A DNA stretch of 64,000 nucleotides from Bacteroidales bacterium (GCA_045116675.1 JBGUMF010000073.1:9-64008); one strand, 5' to 3'. Numbered from the stretch's first letter, positions 45,899 through 56,931 are shown. The notes: a model not told the origin generated them from the letters alone. Translations and numbers: made by a program.

Positions 45899-47110
45899 AT
45901 GCTGAACGGCAAACATATCGTCATCGGAATCACGGGCGGCATTGCGGCTTACAAGTCGCTGTACCTCATCCGATTGTTCAAGAGCAACGGCTGTGATGTG
46001 CGGGTCGTGGCCACACGGCACGCCCTGGAGTTCGTCACGCCGCTGACGATCGAGACGTTGTCGCAGAACAAATTGTACGCCGACCTGTTCGACCCCACGG
46101 AGCATCGCGACACCCATCACATCAGCCTGGCCGACTGGGCCGACTGCATGGTGGTGGCGCCGGCCACGGCCAACATCATCGGCAAGTACGCCAACGGCAT
46201 CGCCGACGACGCCTTGTCCACGCTGCTGCTCGCCCTGCAATGCCCGGTCTTCATCGCCCCGGCCATGAACGACAAGATGTTCGCGAACACCGCCGTACAG
46301 CACAACATCAGCCTCCTCAAGGAGCGGGGTTGCCACATCATTGACCCGCAGAGCGGATTCCTCGCCTGCGGCAGTACGGGCACCGGTAGAATGGAAGAGC
46401 CTGACCGCATCTTCACCATAGTAAATCAACACCTTACCGCCGAACAGCGGTTTGCCGGTCAGAAAGTTCTCATCACCGCCGGACCCACGTACGAGCCCAT
46501 CGACCCTGTCCGTTTCATCGGCAACCACTCCTCCGGCCTCATGGGATTCTCCATAGCGGAGGCCGCCGCCGAACAGGGCGCGGAGGTCACGCTGGTCACC
46601 GGGCCCACGAGTCTGCAGACGCAACATCCCGCCATCCGCCGCTGTGATGTGACCACCGCCGCCGAGATGTACCAAGCCTGCATGGATGTGGTGGAGGAGC
46701 AGAACATCTGCATCATGTCGGCAGCTGTGGCTGACTATACGCCGGAAAATCCTGCCCCTGAGAAGATTAAGAAGCACGCCGAGGGACTGGACCTGCACCT
46801 TTGCAAGACCAAGGACATCTTGGCCAGCATCGGAAAACAGAAGCGCGACGACCAGATCCTGGTGGGTTTCGCCTTAGAGACGGAAAACGAAATTGAAAAC
46901 GCCCGCACCAAACTGCATACTAAAAACGCCGATGTCATCGTTTTGAACTCGTTGCGGACCAAGGGCGCAGGCTTCAAGACCGCCACCAACCAGGTGATGA
47001 TGATGACCAAGGGCGACCATACGGAAACCAGCGAACTGAAGAGCAAACGCGAAATCGCCGACGACATCTTGAACCTGGTGTATAAAATAATGACTCACGA
47101 AGTAGAATAA
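45899..47110 (+). CDS. coaBC: Bifunctional phosphopantothenoylcysteine decarboxylase / phosphopantothenate-cysteine ligase
   Basis: [13 protein letters not shown]...L.R.........V....A..F..P; PAMN..M; the C-terminal ligase has ITAGPT.E.IDPVRFI.N.SSG.MG. 403 aa. Confidence 0.9.
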   Translation: MLNGKHIVIGITGGIAAYKSLYLIRLFKSNGCDVRVVATRHALEFVTPLTIETLSQNKLYADLFDPTEHRDTHHISLADWADCMVVAPATANIIGKYANGIADDALSTLLLALQCPVFIAPAMNDKMFANTAVQHNISLLKERGCHIIDPQSGFLACGSTGTGRMEEPDRIFTIVNQHLTAEQRFAGQKVLITAGPTYEPIDPVRFIGNHSSGLMGFSIAEAAAEQGAEVTLVTGPTSLQTQHPAIRRCDVTTAAEMYQACMDVVEEQNICIMSAAVADYTPENPAPEKIKKHAEGLDLHLCKTKDILASIGKQKRDDQILVGFALETENEIENARTKLHTKNADVIVLNSLRTKGAGFKTATNQVMMMTKGDHTETSELKSKREIADDILNLVYKIMTHEVE

Positions 47111-48024
47111 TGACAATGAAAAGGCTATTTCTCATCCTGTTGTGCGCATTTGTCTGCGGCGGACTGTTCGCCCAGGACTTCCAGTGCCAGGTGTCCATCA
47201 ACGCCAACGCGGTGACCGGCGGATCCAACACCCAGCGTTATAACGATTTGCAGCAGAAACTCTACCAGTTTATCCACGACCGCAAATGGTGTCAGTACAA
47301 GCTGAAGACCAACGAACGCATCGAGTGCGCATTGCAGATCACGCTGACAAAAGTGTCGGGCGACGTTATGGAAGGTAACATGAACATCCTGCTCCAACGT
47401 CCGGTCTATAAGGCCAGTTACAAAACCACCCTGTTGAATTTTCAGGATAAGAACATCCAGTTCACCTACGCCGAAGGCGACCCGCTGGAGTATGCCGACA
47501 ACATGAACCTGTCGCAGTTCACTTCCCTCATCGCCTATTACCTCAACCTGTTCCTTGCCGTGGAGTTCGACAGTTTTTCACAGAACGGCGGCGCACCCTA
47601 CTACGCCAACTGCCAGTCCATCGTGAATCTGAACCAGACTTCCAAGGAAAAAGGATGGAGCGTGGCCGACAACGGACAAAGCAACCGCTATTGGATCATG
47701 GAGAATTTCACCAACAGCCAGTACAGCAAACTGCACGAGTTCTTCTACCAGTACCACCGGCTCGGACTGGATGTGATGAGCGAGACGCCCGATGCCGGAC
47801 GTGCCGTCATTCTGGAAAGCCTCCGTCTGCTGCAGCAGGTGAATGCCCAGAAATCCGGCCTGGCCATGGTGAAGGTCATTGCATCCTCCAAATGCGATGA
47901 GATTGTCAACATCTTCAAAGAGGGAATGCCCAGCGAGAAAACGCAGGTGGTCAACATCATGAAGCAGATTGACCCCACCAACTCCTCCCGTTACGATGCC
48001 ATCAATGCCGCGACCAACAAGTAA
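47110..48024 (+). CDS. DUF4835 family protein (PorD-like)
   Basis: Signal peptide, F.C.V.IN......G......Y..L......F...R.W, and a conserved location between coaBC and recN. Confidence 0.65.
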   Translation: MTMKRLFLILLCAFVCGGLFAQDFQCQVSINANAVTGGSNTQRYNDLQQKLYQFIHDRKWCQYKLKTNERIECALQITLTKVSGDVMEGNMNILLQRPVYKASYKTTLLNFQDKNIQFTYAEGDPLEYADNMNLSQFTSLIAYYLNLFLAVEFDSFSQNGGAPYYANCQSIVNLNQTSKEKGWSVADNGQSNRYWIMENFTNSQYSKLHEFFYQYHRLGLDVMSETPDAGRAVILESLRLLQQVNAQKSGLAMVKVIASSKCDEIVNIFKEGMPSEKTQVVNIMKQIDPTNSSRYDAINAATNK

Positions 48025-48029
48025 GGCCC

Positions 48030-49721
48030 ATGCTACAATCCCTGAAAATTGAGAATTACGCCCTCATACATGCCCTCGAAATACGTTTCGACAGAGGTTT
48101 TGTGGTCATCACCGGTGAGACCGGTGCGGGAAAATCCATTCTCATAGGGGCCTTGGCACTCATTCTCGGCAACCGCGCCGACACGGATGTGCTGTACGAC
48201 AAAAACCGCAAGTGCATCGTGGAGGGTGTCTTCCTTCTGGACAATCCAGGGTTACAGGCGTTTTTCGAACAGCATGATTTGGACTATCAGGAAACGACCC
48301 TCATCCGACGGGAAATCAACGAGCATGGCAAGTCACGGGCCTTCATCAACGACACGCCCGTCAACCTCACCACACTCAAAGCATTGACCTCCCAGCTTAT
48401 AGACATACACTCGCAGCATCAGAACCTGCTGTTGCAGGACTCCGGTTTCCAGATGGACATCATAGACCAGTATGCCCAAACCCAATCCCTGCTGGCATCC
48501 TACAAATCCTCCCTCGCGGAGTTGAAAAACATGATTCTGGAGGAGAAAAGTCTTAAGGAAGCCTGCGCACAAGCTGCATTAGAACATGATTTCCATATTT
48601 TCACGATTCAAGAGATTGAGAATGCCCAGCTGCAGTCCGACGAACAAGAGCTGTTAGAACAGCAACTGAACACCCTCACGCACGCGGGTGACATCAAAGC
48701 CCACTTGTTCCAAGCTTCCCAATTGCTTTCAGAGCAGGATAGTGACAATATCCTATTGAAACTGAAAGAGATACTACACGAGTGCCGCGCTTTGTCCGAC
48801 ATCGGGCCGGAGTACCGCGAGTTGTGCGACCGGCTGGAAAGCACCCAGTCGGAGTTGCAAGACATCGCCTACGAGATCTCCCGGAAGTACGACGCCGTGG
48901 ACGTGAACCCGCAGGAGATGGAACGGGTGCAGGAACGTCTGGACCTCATTTACACGCTGGAACACAAATACCAGGTGGACAACATCCAAGGATTGTTGGA
49001 CATCTTAAGCAACCTGCAGCGTGAGAGCGAGGCCTATCAGGATAACCGGGAGCAACTGGCCACTCTGGCCATCCGGATTGGTGAGCTGCGGGGGACAACA
49101 CAAAAGCTGGCCCAACAGCTTTCCGAGCGGCGCAGGGAAGTGCTGGACAGACTATGTGCGGACGTGGAGGCCCGGCTTGTGCGGCTGGGAATGTCGGATG
49201 CAAAGTTCGAAATCCACCTGACAGATAGTGGCGAGCTGATGGCGAACGGTGCCGACAGAGTGGAATTCCGATTCTCTGCCAACCGTGGCAGTGCGCCTGC
49301 GGACCTTGGCAAAGTGGCCTCCGGCGGCGAACTGTCGCGCGTAATGCTGGCTCTGAAGTCCATCATCACCGACAGCCGTCTCCTACCGACGGTCATCTTC
49401 GATGAAATCGACACTGGCATCTCGGGAGAAACCGCCAACCGCGTCGGCGAGGTGATGCGCCTGCTGGCAGAACACCATCAGGTGGTCACCATCACACATC
49501 TACCACAGATAGCCGTGCGTGGGAACCAGCATCTGCTTGTTTACAAAGAAAATACAGAAAATCAAACCATTACGAATATCTGCCAGCTGGACGGTGAAGA
49601 CCGTGTGAGGGTCGTTGCCGGCATGTTGAGCGGCAATGAACGGTCGGAGGCATCCCTGACCACTGCGCGGGAAATGCTTCAGAACACCATCACCCAAACC
49701 CTTAATGCCACGACATTATGA
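48030..49721 (+). CDS. recN: DNA repair protein RecN
   Basis: N-terminal ML..L.I.NYALI......F..GF.VITGETGAGKSI, a long coiled coil, and C-terminal ASGGELSRVMLALK...VIFDEIDTGISG. Confidence 0.9.
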   Translation: MLQSLKIENYALIHALEIRFDRGFVVITGETGAGKSILIGALALILGNRADTDVLYDKNRKCIVEGVFLLDNPGLQAFFEQHDLDYQETTLIRREINEHGKSRAFINDTPVNLTTLKALTSQLIDIHSQHQNLLLQDSGFQMDIIDQYAQTQSLLASYKSSLAELKNMILEEKSLKEACAQAALEHDFHIFTIQEIENAQLQSDEQELLEQQLNTLTHAGDIKAHLFQASQLLSEQDSDNILLKLKEILHECRALSDIGPEYRELCDRLESTQSELQDIAYEISRKYDAVDVNPQEMERVQERLDLIYTLEHKYQVDNIQGLLDILSNLQRESEAYQDNREQLATLAIRIGELRGTTQKLAQQLSERRREVLDRLCADVEARLVRLGMSDAKFEIHLTDSGELMANGADRVEFRFSANRGSAPADLGKVASGGELSRVMLALKSIITDSRLLPTVIFDEIDTGISGETANRVGEVMRLLAEHHQVVTITHLPQIAVRGNQHLLVYKENTENQTITNICQLDGEDRVRVVAGMLSGNERSEASLTTAREMLQNTITQTLNATTL

Positions 49722-50365
49722 AACGTATTGTATTGATTATTTGCTTGTTCAGTATAATGCTGCCGATTGTTAACGCACAACATCGGAGCGACCGCCAGGA
49801 GAAAAGATTCGTGTTTATGAGTTCCCTGGGCTTTTCCAGCGGAGTCGGCTCGATAAAGCTACCCGACTACACCCGCACGGTTGAGGACTGGATGGTGGTT
49901 GTCAACAAGAATACAAATGTGATGATACACCAATTTATTGGGTATCAATTTAACAACAATTTTCAATTGGGTATTGGGGCCGGCATTGACATTTGGAAAC
50001 GTACAGCCTTCATCCCGTTGTATTTGGGTATGAATGTCATCATGATTGACAAGCGCGTGGCACCGGTCTTCGCCCTCAATCTCGGATACAGCTTCAAATG
50101 GTATAGGCAGTCCGCGCCGGAGGCGGTGACTCATGTCATCCACGGTTCCGACCCGGGTCCGATGGGCGAGGCGGGTATCGGTCTGCGCATACGTTTCAAC
50201 AACCGGTTAGCCATCATGTTCACCGCATTATACAAGCTCCAGATAACCTCCATCCGCTATACCTCCAATCCGGTCAACATGGATTATGCCTCCATCCTGA
50301 CGGACGACATCAAGAAAAACCAACTGTATCATTTCGCCGGTGTCCGCGTCGGCCTTTTATATTAA
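49718..50365 (+). CDS. Small outer-membrane beta-barrel protein (hypothetical)
   Basis: Signal peptide, alternating hydrophobic beta-strand pattern, ends ...FAGVRVGLLY. Confidence 0.5.
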   Translation: MKRIVLIICLFSIMLPIVNAQHRSDRQEKRFVFMSSLGFSSGVGSIKLPDYTRTVEDWMVVVNKNTNVMIHQFIGYQFNNNFQLGIGAGIDIWKRTAFIPLYLGMNVIMIDKRVAPVFALNLGYSFKWYRQSAPEAVTHVIHGSDPGPMGEAGIGLRIRFNNRLAIMFTALYKLQITSIRYTSNPVNMDYASILTDDIKKNQLYHFAGVRVGLLY

Positions 50366-50371
50366 AGCCCC

Positions 50372-50566
50372 ATGAAAGAAGAACTTACTTATACGGAAGC
50401 CTTCGAGCAGCTGCAGACCATCGTCACCCAGATGGAAAATGCGGACATCAGTGTGGACGACCTTTCCGAGAATATCAAGAAGGCCTCCAAGCTGATCAAG
50501 ATATGCCGTGACAAACTCACCAAAACCGAAGAGGAGGTGAATAAAACCATAGCTGAACTGTCGTAG
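50372..50566 (+). CDS. xseB: Exodeoxyribonuclease VII small subunit
   Basis: 64 aa. The pattern YEEAF.EL..IV..ME......D.L (here LTYTEAFEQLQTIVTQMENADISVDDL) matches XseB. Confidence 0.8.
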   Translation: MKEELTYTEAFEQLQTIVTQMENADISVDDLSENIKKASKLIKICRDKLTKTEEEVNKTIAELS

Positions 50567-50567
50567 C

Positions 50568-51218
50568 ATGTCCACTTTCGACCTGATAGCCCAAGACATC
50601 GAGGAATACTGCGAGGCGCACACCACCCCGGAGGATGCTTTACTGTACCGTCTGAACCGTCAGACGTACCTGCAGACCATCAACCCGCGGATGTGTTCCG
50701 GGCACCTGCAGGGGCAATTCCTTACAATGTTGTCCACGATGATGCGTCCGAAGTTCATCTTGGAGATTGGCACGTTCACGGGCTATTCGGCCATCTGTCT
50801 GGCTGCCGGTCTTGCCGACGGCGGCGTGTTGCACACCATTGAGTCGAATCCCGAATATGAGGACCGCATCCGGGAGTATGTGGCGCAATCGACGCTGGGT
50901 GACCGCATCGTGCTGCATATCGGAAATGCCAAAGAGATTGTGCCCACACTGGAACCGATATGGGATATGGTCTTCATTGATGCGGAGAAGGAGGACTACC
51001 GTTCCTATTATGACGAAGTGCTTCCACGCGTGCGACAGGGCGGTTTTATTCTGGTTGACAATGTGTTATGGAATGGCAAGGTGACTCAGAAACTGTTGCG
51101 TCACGACCGCGACACGCAAGCTATTATGGAATTCAACGATTATGTGCAGCAGGATGACCGCGTGCGGAATATGCTGCTGCCTTTCCGTGACGGTATTATG
51201 ATGATCGAAAAACGTTAA
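50568..51218 (+). CDS. Class I SAM-dependent O-methyltransferase (family 3)
   Basis: ILEIGTFTGYSA SAM-binding motif I, ...FIDAEKEDY..YY, and ...GG.I.VDNVLW.G.V. Confidence 0.8.
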   Translation: MSTFDLIAQDIEEYCEAHTTPEDALLYRLNRQTYLQTINPRMCSGHLQGQFLTMLSTMMRPKFILEIGTFTGYSAICLAAGLADGGVLHTIESNPEYEDRIREYVAQSTLGDRIVLHIGNAKEIVPTLEPIWDMVFIDAEKEDYRSYYDEVLPRVRQGGFILVDNVLWNGKVTQKLLRHDRDTQAIMEFNDYVQQDDRVRNMLLPFRDGIMMIEKR

Positions 51219-51220
51219 TC

Positions 51221-51898
51221 ATGCGCATAGATATACTCACCCTTTTCCCTGACATGTTCACCGGCGTTTTCGGCAATTCGATTCTGAAACGCGCCGTGGA
51301 CAAGCAGTTGTTGGAGCTGCATACGCACAACATCCGCGACTGGACCACCGACAAGCACCACAAGGCCGACGACTATCCGTTTGGCGGGGGCGCAGGTATG
51401 GTCATGATGATTGAGCCCATCGCCCGCTGTATCGAAGAGCTTCGGAGCCAGCGCACGTATGACGCCATTTACCTGATGGCTCCCGACGGCACGCCCTTCA
51501 ACCAGCATAAAGCCAATCAGATGTCGATGCTGAACAACATCATGCTCCTGTGCGGGCATTACAAGGGCGTGGACGAGCGTGTGCGCGAACTGTTTGTCAC
51601 CGAGGACATCAGCATTGGCGACTATGTGCTTTCCGGAGGCGAGATTGCAGCCATGGCCATCACCGACGCGCTGGCCCGCATCATCCCGGGAGTCATCAAC
51701 GACGGCACGTCAGCCCTCTCCGACTCCTTTCAGGATGACCTGCTGTCGGCGCCGGTATATACCCGTCCGGCTGACTTCCGCGGGCACCGTGTGCCCGACG
51801 TGCTGCTCTCAGGCAACGACAAGCTCATCGCCGAATGGAAGATGGAGCAGCAAATGCAGCGAACCCAAGCCCGAAGACCTGATCTGTTGAACAAATGA
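51221..51898 (+). CDS. trmD: tRNA (guanine37-N1)-methyltransferase
   Basis: MRIDILTLFPDMF......SIL.RA; the GHY.G.DERV motif; SIGDYVLSGGE.AAM. Confidence 0.9.
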   Translation: MRIDILTLFPDMFTGVFGNSILKRAVDKQLLELHTHNIRDWTTDKHHKADDYPFGGGAGMVMMIEPIARCIEELRSQRTYDAIYLMAPDGTPFNQHKANQMSMLNNIMLLCGHYKGVDERVRELFVTEDISIGDYVLSGGEIAAMAITDALARIIPGVINDGTSALSDSFQDDLLSAPVYTRPADFRGHRVPDVLLSGNDKLIAEWKMEQQMQRTQARRPDLLNK

Positions 51899-53202
51899 GG
51901 AAGATTCTACAGGATATTTTCACGAAAAACGGACATTTTAATGTCTTTTACGCACTGCTCCTGCTGGCGGCGGTCACCTTGCCGATGACCACTTTCCTCA
52001 TGCTGCCCATCGCCATCCTCATGCTCCTGAATGCCGTGGTGGAATGGAACTGGCGACAGAAATGGCAGCACATACGACAGCATAAAGCCGTCCCTTCGTT
52101 CTTCATCTTCCTGTCCCTGTATCTGATTCCGTTTATCGGCCTGATATTGTCCTTCAACAAAGGCCGGGCCATGAGCTGCTTCGACTGCTACCTGTGGTTC
52201 CTGGTGGCCCCCATCTGCCTGACCTACGATCCGGAATTGTTCACGAACAGACGAATCCGTATCGTTCTCAAATACTTTGCCTTCTCTACAATTTTGCATG
52301 CGTGCATCCTGTTGGGCACTGCCACATATCGTCTGCTGAAAACAGGCGACAGCAGCGCATTCTATTACATGAAGCTCTCTTTTCTGCGGCATCCCTCCTA
52401 TGTGGCTATGTATTCCACATTCACGTTTTTCCTGTTACTCTATTTTATACATCATTATAAAAAAATCCTCTCCCTGCCCAGCGCGATTGCCATCATCCTT
52501 TCGCTTATCATTCTACTGGCTGTGATTGTGTTGTTGCAGTCCAAAGCCGGGTTGATCGTATTTGCCATTCTGACCGTCATGTGGTTCGTCTACTTCATTT
52601 GCCATGTGCGGTACAAGTTTGCTTGGGGAGCTCTGTTTCTGGCGCTTACGGTCGGGTTGGGGTTCCTGGTTTTCCGTACAGATGTGCTGCCTGTCAACCG
52701 GTTGCAGGAGACCATCACGCAAGTGCAGCATCATAAGGAGAAGCCTTACGGCCATGGCAGCAGCGAGATACGCCTCACGGTCTGGAAGTCCACGCTGGAG
52801 ATTATCCGTAAGAACCTGCCTTGGGGTGTGGGCACGGGCGATGCCACCGACGAGCTTAGCCTGAACGCCATCCACAAGAACTACACCAACCTCATTGGCC
52901 ATAAATTCAACGCGCACAACCAGTACCTCCAGACATTGCTCACAGTAGGCATTCCCGGACTGATCATCCTGCTCACCTACTGTTTCTATCCACTGTATTT
53001 TTCCATACGGAAAAAGGATATGCTATATCTTTCCTTTGCGGTGATTCTGATTTTCAATTTGTTGGTGGAATCGATGTTTGAGATTCGCGCTGGGGTGCAG
53101 TTCTTCGCCATAATCAATATCCTATTATGGCTTCTCTCGGTGAAAAAGAAACCGCAGATAGGACAAGAAGAAAGAATTACAACAGAGAACGTCAATAATT
53201 GA
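51895..53202 (+). CDS. O-antigen ligase (Wzy_C) family membrane protein
   Basis: About 10 TM helices. The large loop with ...GHGSSEIRLTVWKS.L.II..N...GVGTGD... then HNQYLQ is typical of O-antigen ligase-like proteins. Confidence 0.7.
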   Translation: MRKILQDIFTKNGHFNVFYALLLLAAVTLPMTTFLMLPIAILMLLNAVVEWNWRQKWQHIRQHKAVPSFFIFLSLYLIPFIGLILSFNKGRAMSCFDCYLWFLVAPICLTYDPELFTNRRIRIVLKYFAFSTILHACILLGTATYRLLKTGDSSAFYYMKLSFLRHPSYVAMYSTFTFFLLLYFIHHYKKILSLPSAIAIILSLIILLAVIVLLQSKAGLIVFAILTVMWFVYFICHVRYKFAWGALFLALTVGLGFLVFRTDVLPVNRLQETITQVQHHKEKPYGHGSSEIRLTVWKSTLEIIRKNLPWGVGTGDATDELSLNAIHKNYTNLIGHKFNAHNQYLQTLLTVGIPGLIILLTYCFYPLYFSIRKKDMLYLSFAVILIFNLLVESMFEIRAGVQFFAIINILLWLLSVKKKPQIGQEERITTENVNN

Positions 53203-53219
53203 CGCCGTTCGCGCCCGTT

Positions 53220-53810
53220 CTACCGATTCAGATAACGCTTCTCAATCACGCTCCAATCCATAATCTGCCATAGGGCGTTCAAGTGGTCGGGACGACGGTT
53301 CTGATAATCCAGATAATAGGCGTGCTCCCATACATCAAAGGTAAGCAGCGGAGTGAGACCCTTTTGCACCGGATTGGCGGCGTTGGTCTCCTGCGAGATT
53401 ACCAGCTTGCCCTCACTGTCGGCAGAGAGCCATACCCAGCCGGAACCGAACAGGGTGGCACCAGCCTGTACAAAGGCTTTCTGGAACTCACCGAAGGAAC
53501 CGAACTGGTTCTGGATAGCCTCCGCCAGCTGACCAACAGGCTTGTTGTCGGCCTTCGGCGCATTGAACTGCAGGAAATAGAGATTGTGGTTCAGAATCTG
53601 ACCGGCATTGTTCAACATGCCACCAGTTGCTTTTTTTACGATTTCCGTCAGCTCCATCTCCGCAAACGGCGTGCCTTCCATGGCCGCATTCAGGTTATTG
53701 ACATACCCTTGAAGGTGTTTCCCGTGATGGAAACCAATGGTTTGTTCGGAAATGACAGGTTCCAGAGCGTTCGCCATATATGGCAGGGATAAAAGTTCGA
53801 ATTTTTTCAT
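53220..53810 (-). CDS. sod: Fe/Mn superoxide dismutase
   Basis: LPY....LEP.IS..T...HH.KHH..YV.NLN ... DVWEHAYYLDYQNRR. Confidence 0.9.
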   Translation of the reverse strand: MKKFELLSLPYMANALEPVISEQTIGFHHGKHLQGYVNNLNAAMEGTPFAEMELTEIVKKATGGMLNNAGQILNHNLYFLQFNAPKADNKPVGQLAEAIQNQFGSFGEFQKAFVQAGATLFGSGWVWLSADSEGKLVISQETNAANPVQKGLTPLLTFDVWEHAYYLDYQNRRPDHLNALWQIMDWSVIEKRYLNR

Positions 53811-53885
53811 TGCTTGATAATTTTATGGTGTTCAGAATGTTATATGTTATTTTTTGCTGGCAAAGATAATGTTTTATGAAAAGTT

Positions 53886-54785
53886 TTATTCTGCTGGAAC
53901 ATACGTAATTGTGAAAACGTATGCCCCTTTTGATCGTTTTTGTTCAAAATCAAGTAAATAAGCCACCTTCAACATATTTCTGGAGAGAACAATTATCTGA
54001 CAAGCTTCCAACGGAGCATCATACGAAGAATAATCATCATTATAAAAGAATGGAAGCTGATAATACAAATATGTAGGATTGGCATCATTGTCGAAATGCC
54101 ATTGTCCGAGTTCCGTTTCCTGAGTATATCCCCAACCATATTCGCAAAATATTGAGTCTGGCAACAATCGGTGTGTCCCATCATTGGAAAAGACAATAAT
54201 ATCGTCTTTTTCACATTCGTAAAAGTACCCGTCTCCATGGTCAAAGTCGCCATCAGCAAAAAGCTCCGTCAAAGTGACACCATTTATCGCTAAGCAATAA
54301 GCCGGGGAGGAAACAACCGATGTCATCTTCCATCCTTGAGGTATAGTCAACAATGTCATTGGGTCTTCGTCAACAGCAGGTTCACCTCCGCTTGTAGTGG
54401 AAAACACAACCTCATCCCCATAAGTAATCCCATTCCCATTTCCAGCGTATGCCCGCACATAGTATGTGGTGTTCGGTTGTAAGTTCCTCAAGTCACTATG
54501 GAAATCACCAAAACCACTACCATCAGAGGTGTGTGGGCCGTTTATTTCAGGCAGGTGGATAGTGTCATAACAAACCCCTCTTACCAAAATAACAGCTCCA
54601 TTGTCAGCCACGTTTCCATTACATCTGGCAGTAGTATCCGTGATTGCATAAACTTCACCAGTACTTACCACAGGTGTCTTTTCTGGTTTGCAGCCCTGTG
54701 TTAAAAACAAACATATCAGTGCAAAACCGATAGATATGATAACAGAACAGACTTTACCCTCAAAACGTTTACATGTTTTTTCCAT
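53886..54785 (-). CDS. Hypothetical lipoprotein (FN3-like N-domain, lipocalin-like C-domain), AT-rich
   Basis: Lipobox LFLTQGC. The N-terminal ...TTARCNGNV...G..I..RGVCY......P......T.........F...L..L.PNTTYYVRAYA.N..G..YG is typical of Bacteroidetes surface lipoproteins. The gene is visibly more AT-rich than its neighbours. Confidence 0.55.
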   Translation of the reverse strand: MEKTCKRFEGKVCSVIISIGFALICLFLTQGCKPEKTPVVSTGEVYAITDTTARCNGNVADNGAVILVRGVCYDTIHLPEINGPHTSDGSGFGDFHSDLRNLQPNTTYYVRAYAGNGNGITYGDEVVFSTTSGGEPAVDEDPMTLLTIPQGWKMTSVVSSPAYCLAINGVTLTELFADGDFDHGDGYFYECEKDDIIVFSNDGTHRLLPDSIFCEYGWGYTQETELGQWHFDNDANPTYLYYQLPFFYNDDYSSYDAPLEACQIIVLSRNMLKVAYLLDFEQKRSKGAYVFTITYVPAE

Positions 54786-54834
54786 AGTTTACGGTTTTCG
54801 GTTTTATTGAGCAGGTACTCAAAGCAAAATAGTA

Positions 54835-56931
54835 TCAATATCCCCCATTCCACTTCCGCAGGAACCATTCGATGCCGAGCAGCAGCACGATGGCGATAAG
54901 GTACCAGTAGGAGTTGAGCAGCATGGAGTAATGCTTTCTATAGGAGGCAATGGGTTTTATCTGATCGTTCTGCTTGATTTCCTTCACTATACGGCTGATG
55001 TTTTCCTTTGGGAAGAACTGGCCGTTGGTGGCGGTGGAGATGCTCTTTAGCAGGTCGTGGTCAGCCACAAGGTTAGCGGTTTCGAGCATCACCTCCTGGA
55101 TGGAGAAACGTCCCGACTTCTCCATCTTGCGCTTACCCACCTGCGTGGTGGCCGTCCAGGTGTAATTGCCCACAGGCAGCTCGCCCACATTCAGGTAATA
55201 GCCGTTGTTCTGCTTGGAGAACTGCGCCTCGTAAGTGGTGTCGCCACTGCCCTTGATGACCATCTTGATGTCCGGCTCATTAATCAACTCATAGCTGTCA
55301 TTATAGAGCTCTGCCGCAAATTCCACCGGCGCATTCTCGGCGAAGATAGCGGCGTGCTGCACGCGGAACTGGCTCTTGTCGCCTTTGGCGGCTAAATAGA
55401 GCACCGTTTTGTCAATCACCTCATTGAAGGCATCGTGGTTGCCGGCGTGCATGTAGTTGTACAGCTTCCAACTCCAGAAACCCGTACCAGCCACCACTCC
55501 ACTCCGCGCTCCATTATGACTGCTGAAGACTATTAACGGGTATTTGGTGTCCACCCCGCTAATCTTCTGATACAGGAAGACATTGGCGGATACCGAGGTG
55601 CGATAGTTACCGAAGATAGTCTTGATAGGCGGGAACTTGGACAGCATCTGGCGGGATTCTTCCGAGAACGTGAAAGAGGTAAAATTGTCGTTATAGGATG
55701 GCATCGCGTTGTTGGTCAGCGATTTGCTTTGCACAACGCTCATACCCACATTGAGCCCGTTGAAGGTGGTGAGATTCGTTTGCGGTCCCAGGATATACAG
55801 GGCCGACGTGCCACTCTGGCGAATCTGGTTCAGCAAGTTGGCTGCCGAGTTGGTCATGGAGGGCAGCTGATGAAGGATCACAAGGCTGTAATCACTGGGT
55901 TTGCCGGAAAATTCGGCAATGGAAAAGACCTGCACATCGTAGTTGTCGGTCAGTTCCAGGGCCTCCTTCATGGCCGCGATGTCCGGATGCGGGGAGTTAT
56001 AGACGATAGCCACCTTGTCGCGCGAGTCCACCACCTCCACGAAGAAATGCGTATGGTTATTCTTGTGGGTCACCTCGCCGTCCAGCTCGGTGATATCGAC
56101 CTTGTAATGGTGGATGCCGGTATTTTTAGCCTCAATATTGAATTTTATGGTTTCAAAATAGCGGTTACCGTTGAGCGACAGTTTCTTATGGTAAATCTCA
56201 TCGGAGCCCTCCGTCACAGTCACTTCGGCGGCTTTGCCGGAAAGCCGGTTGGCGGCCAGCTTGATTTCCACGGGGAAGTAATTGCCTTTCAGGGCCTGCT
56301 TGTTGTGGTTGATGCCGGCAATGAAGAAGTCCGTGGTCAGCTCCGTGTTGCCTAAACCTACCGTATAAACCGGAAAATCAGCCTTTTCCGCCTTGTAGTA
56401 GGGATTGGTGCCCGTATTGAAGATGCCGTCGGTGAGCAAGACCATCGCCCCGACGTTGCGGTTGGCATATACCATATCCACTTGGTCAAAGAGGGAGGCC
56501 AGATTGGACGACTTGTCGGAAAAGTCCAGGTTCAGCTGTTCGTCATCCCCCAGCAGCGCGTCCTCATCCCCAATCTTATAGGTTTTCACCTCGTAAGAAT
56601 CGCCCAGTTCGGAAATCATATTCTGGACCTGCTTGGCGTATTCCGTCCGGTAGTAGGCGGAATCCTTGCCCGACACCACGGACTCGCTGTTGTCAACGGC
56701 CACGAGGATGAGGGGTTTGTCCACCTGCTTCCGAACCATCTTGAGCATGGGGGCGAGCAGCAGGAAGGCGAGCAGCGACATGGCCACGCCACGCAGGCAA
56801 GCCATAATGATTTTCGGGACTTTCTCGAAAACAACGGTATTGTTCCGGAAATAGAGGAAGCAGGCGTATCCTGCACCGAGCAGGATGATGAAAATGATGA
56901 GCCAGAGTGGGTATTCGGTCAGCAATGCCAT
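54835..56931 (-). CDS. Membrane-anchored vWA-domain protein
   Basis: N-terminal TM helices, then LILVAVDNSESV (MIDAS DxSxS). 698 aa. Conserved next to trpS in Bacteroidetes. Confidence 0.65.
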   Translation of the reverse strand: MALLTEYPLWLIIFIILLGAGYACFLYFRNNTVVFEKVPKIIMACLRGVAMSLLAFLLLAPMLKMVRKQVDKPLILVAVDNSESVVSGKDSAYYRTEYAKQVQNMISELGDSYEVKTYKIGDEDALLGDDEQLNLDFSDKSSNLASLFDQVDMVYANRNVGAMVLLTDGIFNTGTNPYYKAEKADFPVYTVGLGNTELTTDFFIAGINHNKQALKGNYFPVEIKLAANRLSGKAAEVTVTEGSDEIYHKKLSLNGNRYFETIKFNIEAKNTGIHHYKVDITELDGEVTHKNNHTHFFVEVVDSRDKVAIVYNSPHPDIAAMKEALELTDNYDVQVFSIAEFSGKPSDYSLVILHQLPSMTNSAANLLNQIRQSGTSALYILGPQTNLTTFNGLNVGMSVVQSKSLTNNAMPSYNDNFTSFTFSEESRQMLSKFPPIKTIFGNYRTSVSANVFLYQKISGVDTKYPLIVFSSHNGARSGVVAGTGFWSWKLYNYMHAGNHDAFNEVIDKTVLYLAAKGDKSQFRVQHAAIFAENAPVEFAAELYNDSYELINEPDIKMVIKGSGDTTYEAQFSKQNNGYYLNVGELPVGNYTWTATTQVGKRKMEKSGRFSIQEVMLETANLVADHDLLKSISTATNGQFFPKENISRIVKEIKQNDQIKPIASYRKHYSMLLNSYWYLIAIVLLLGIEWFLRKWNGGY

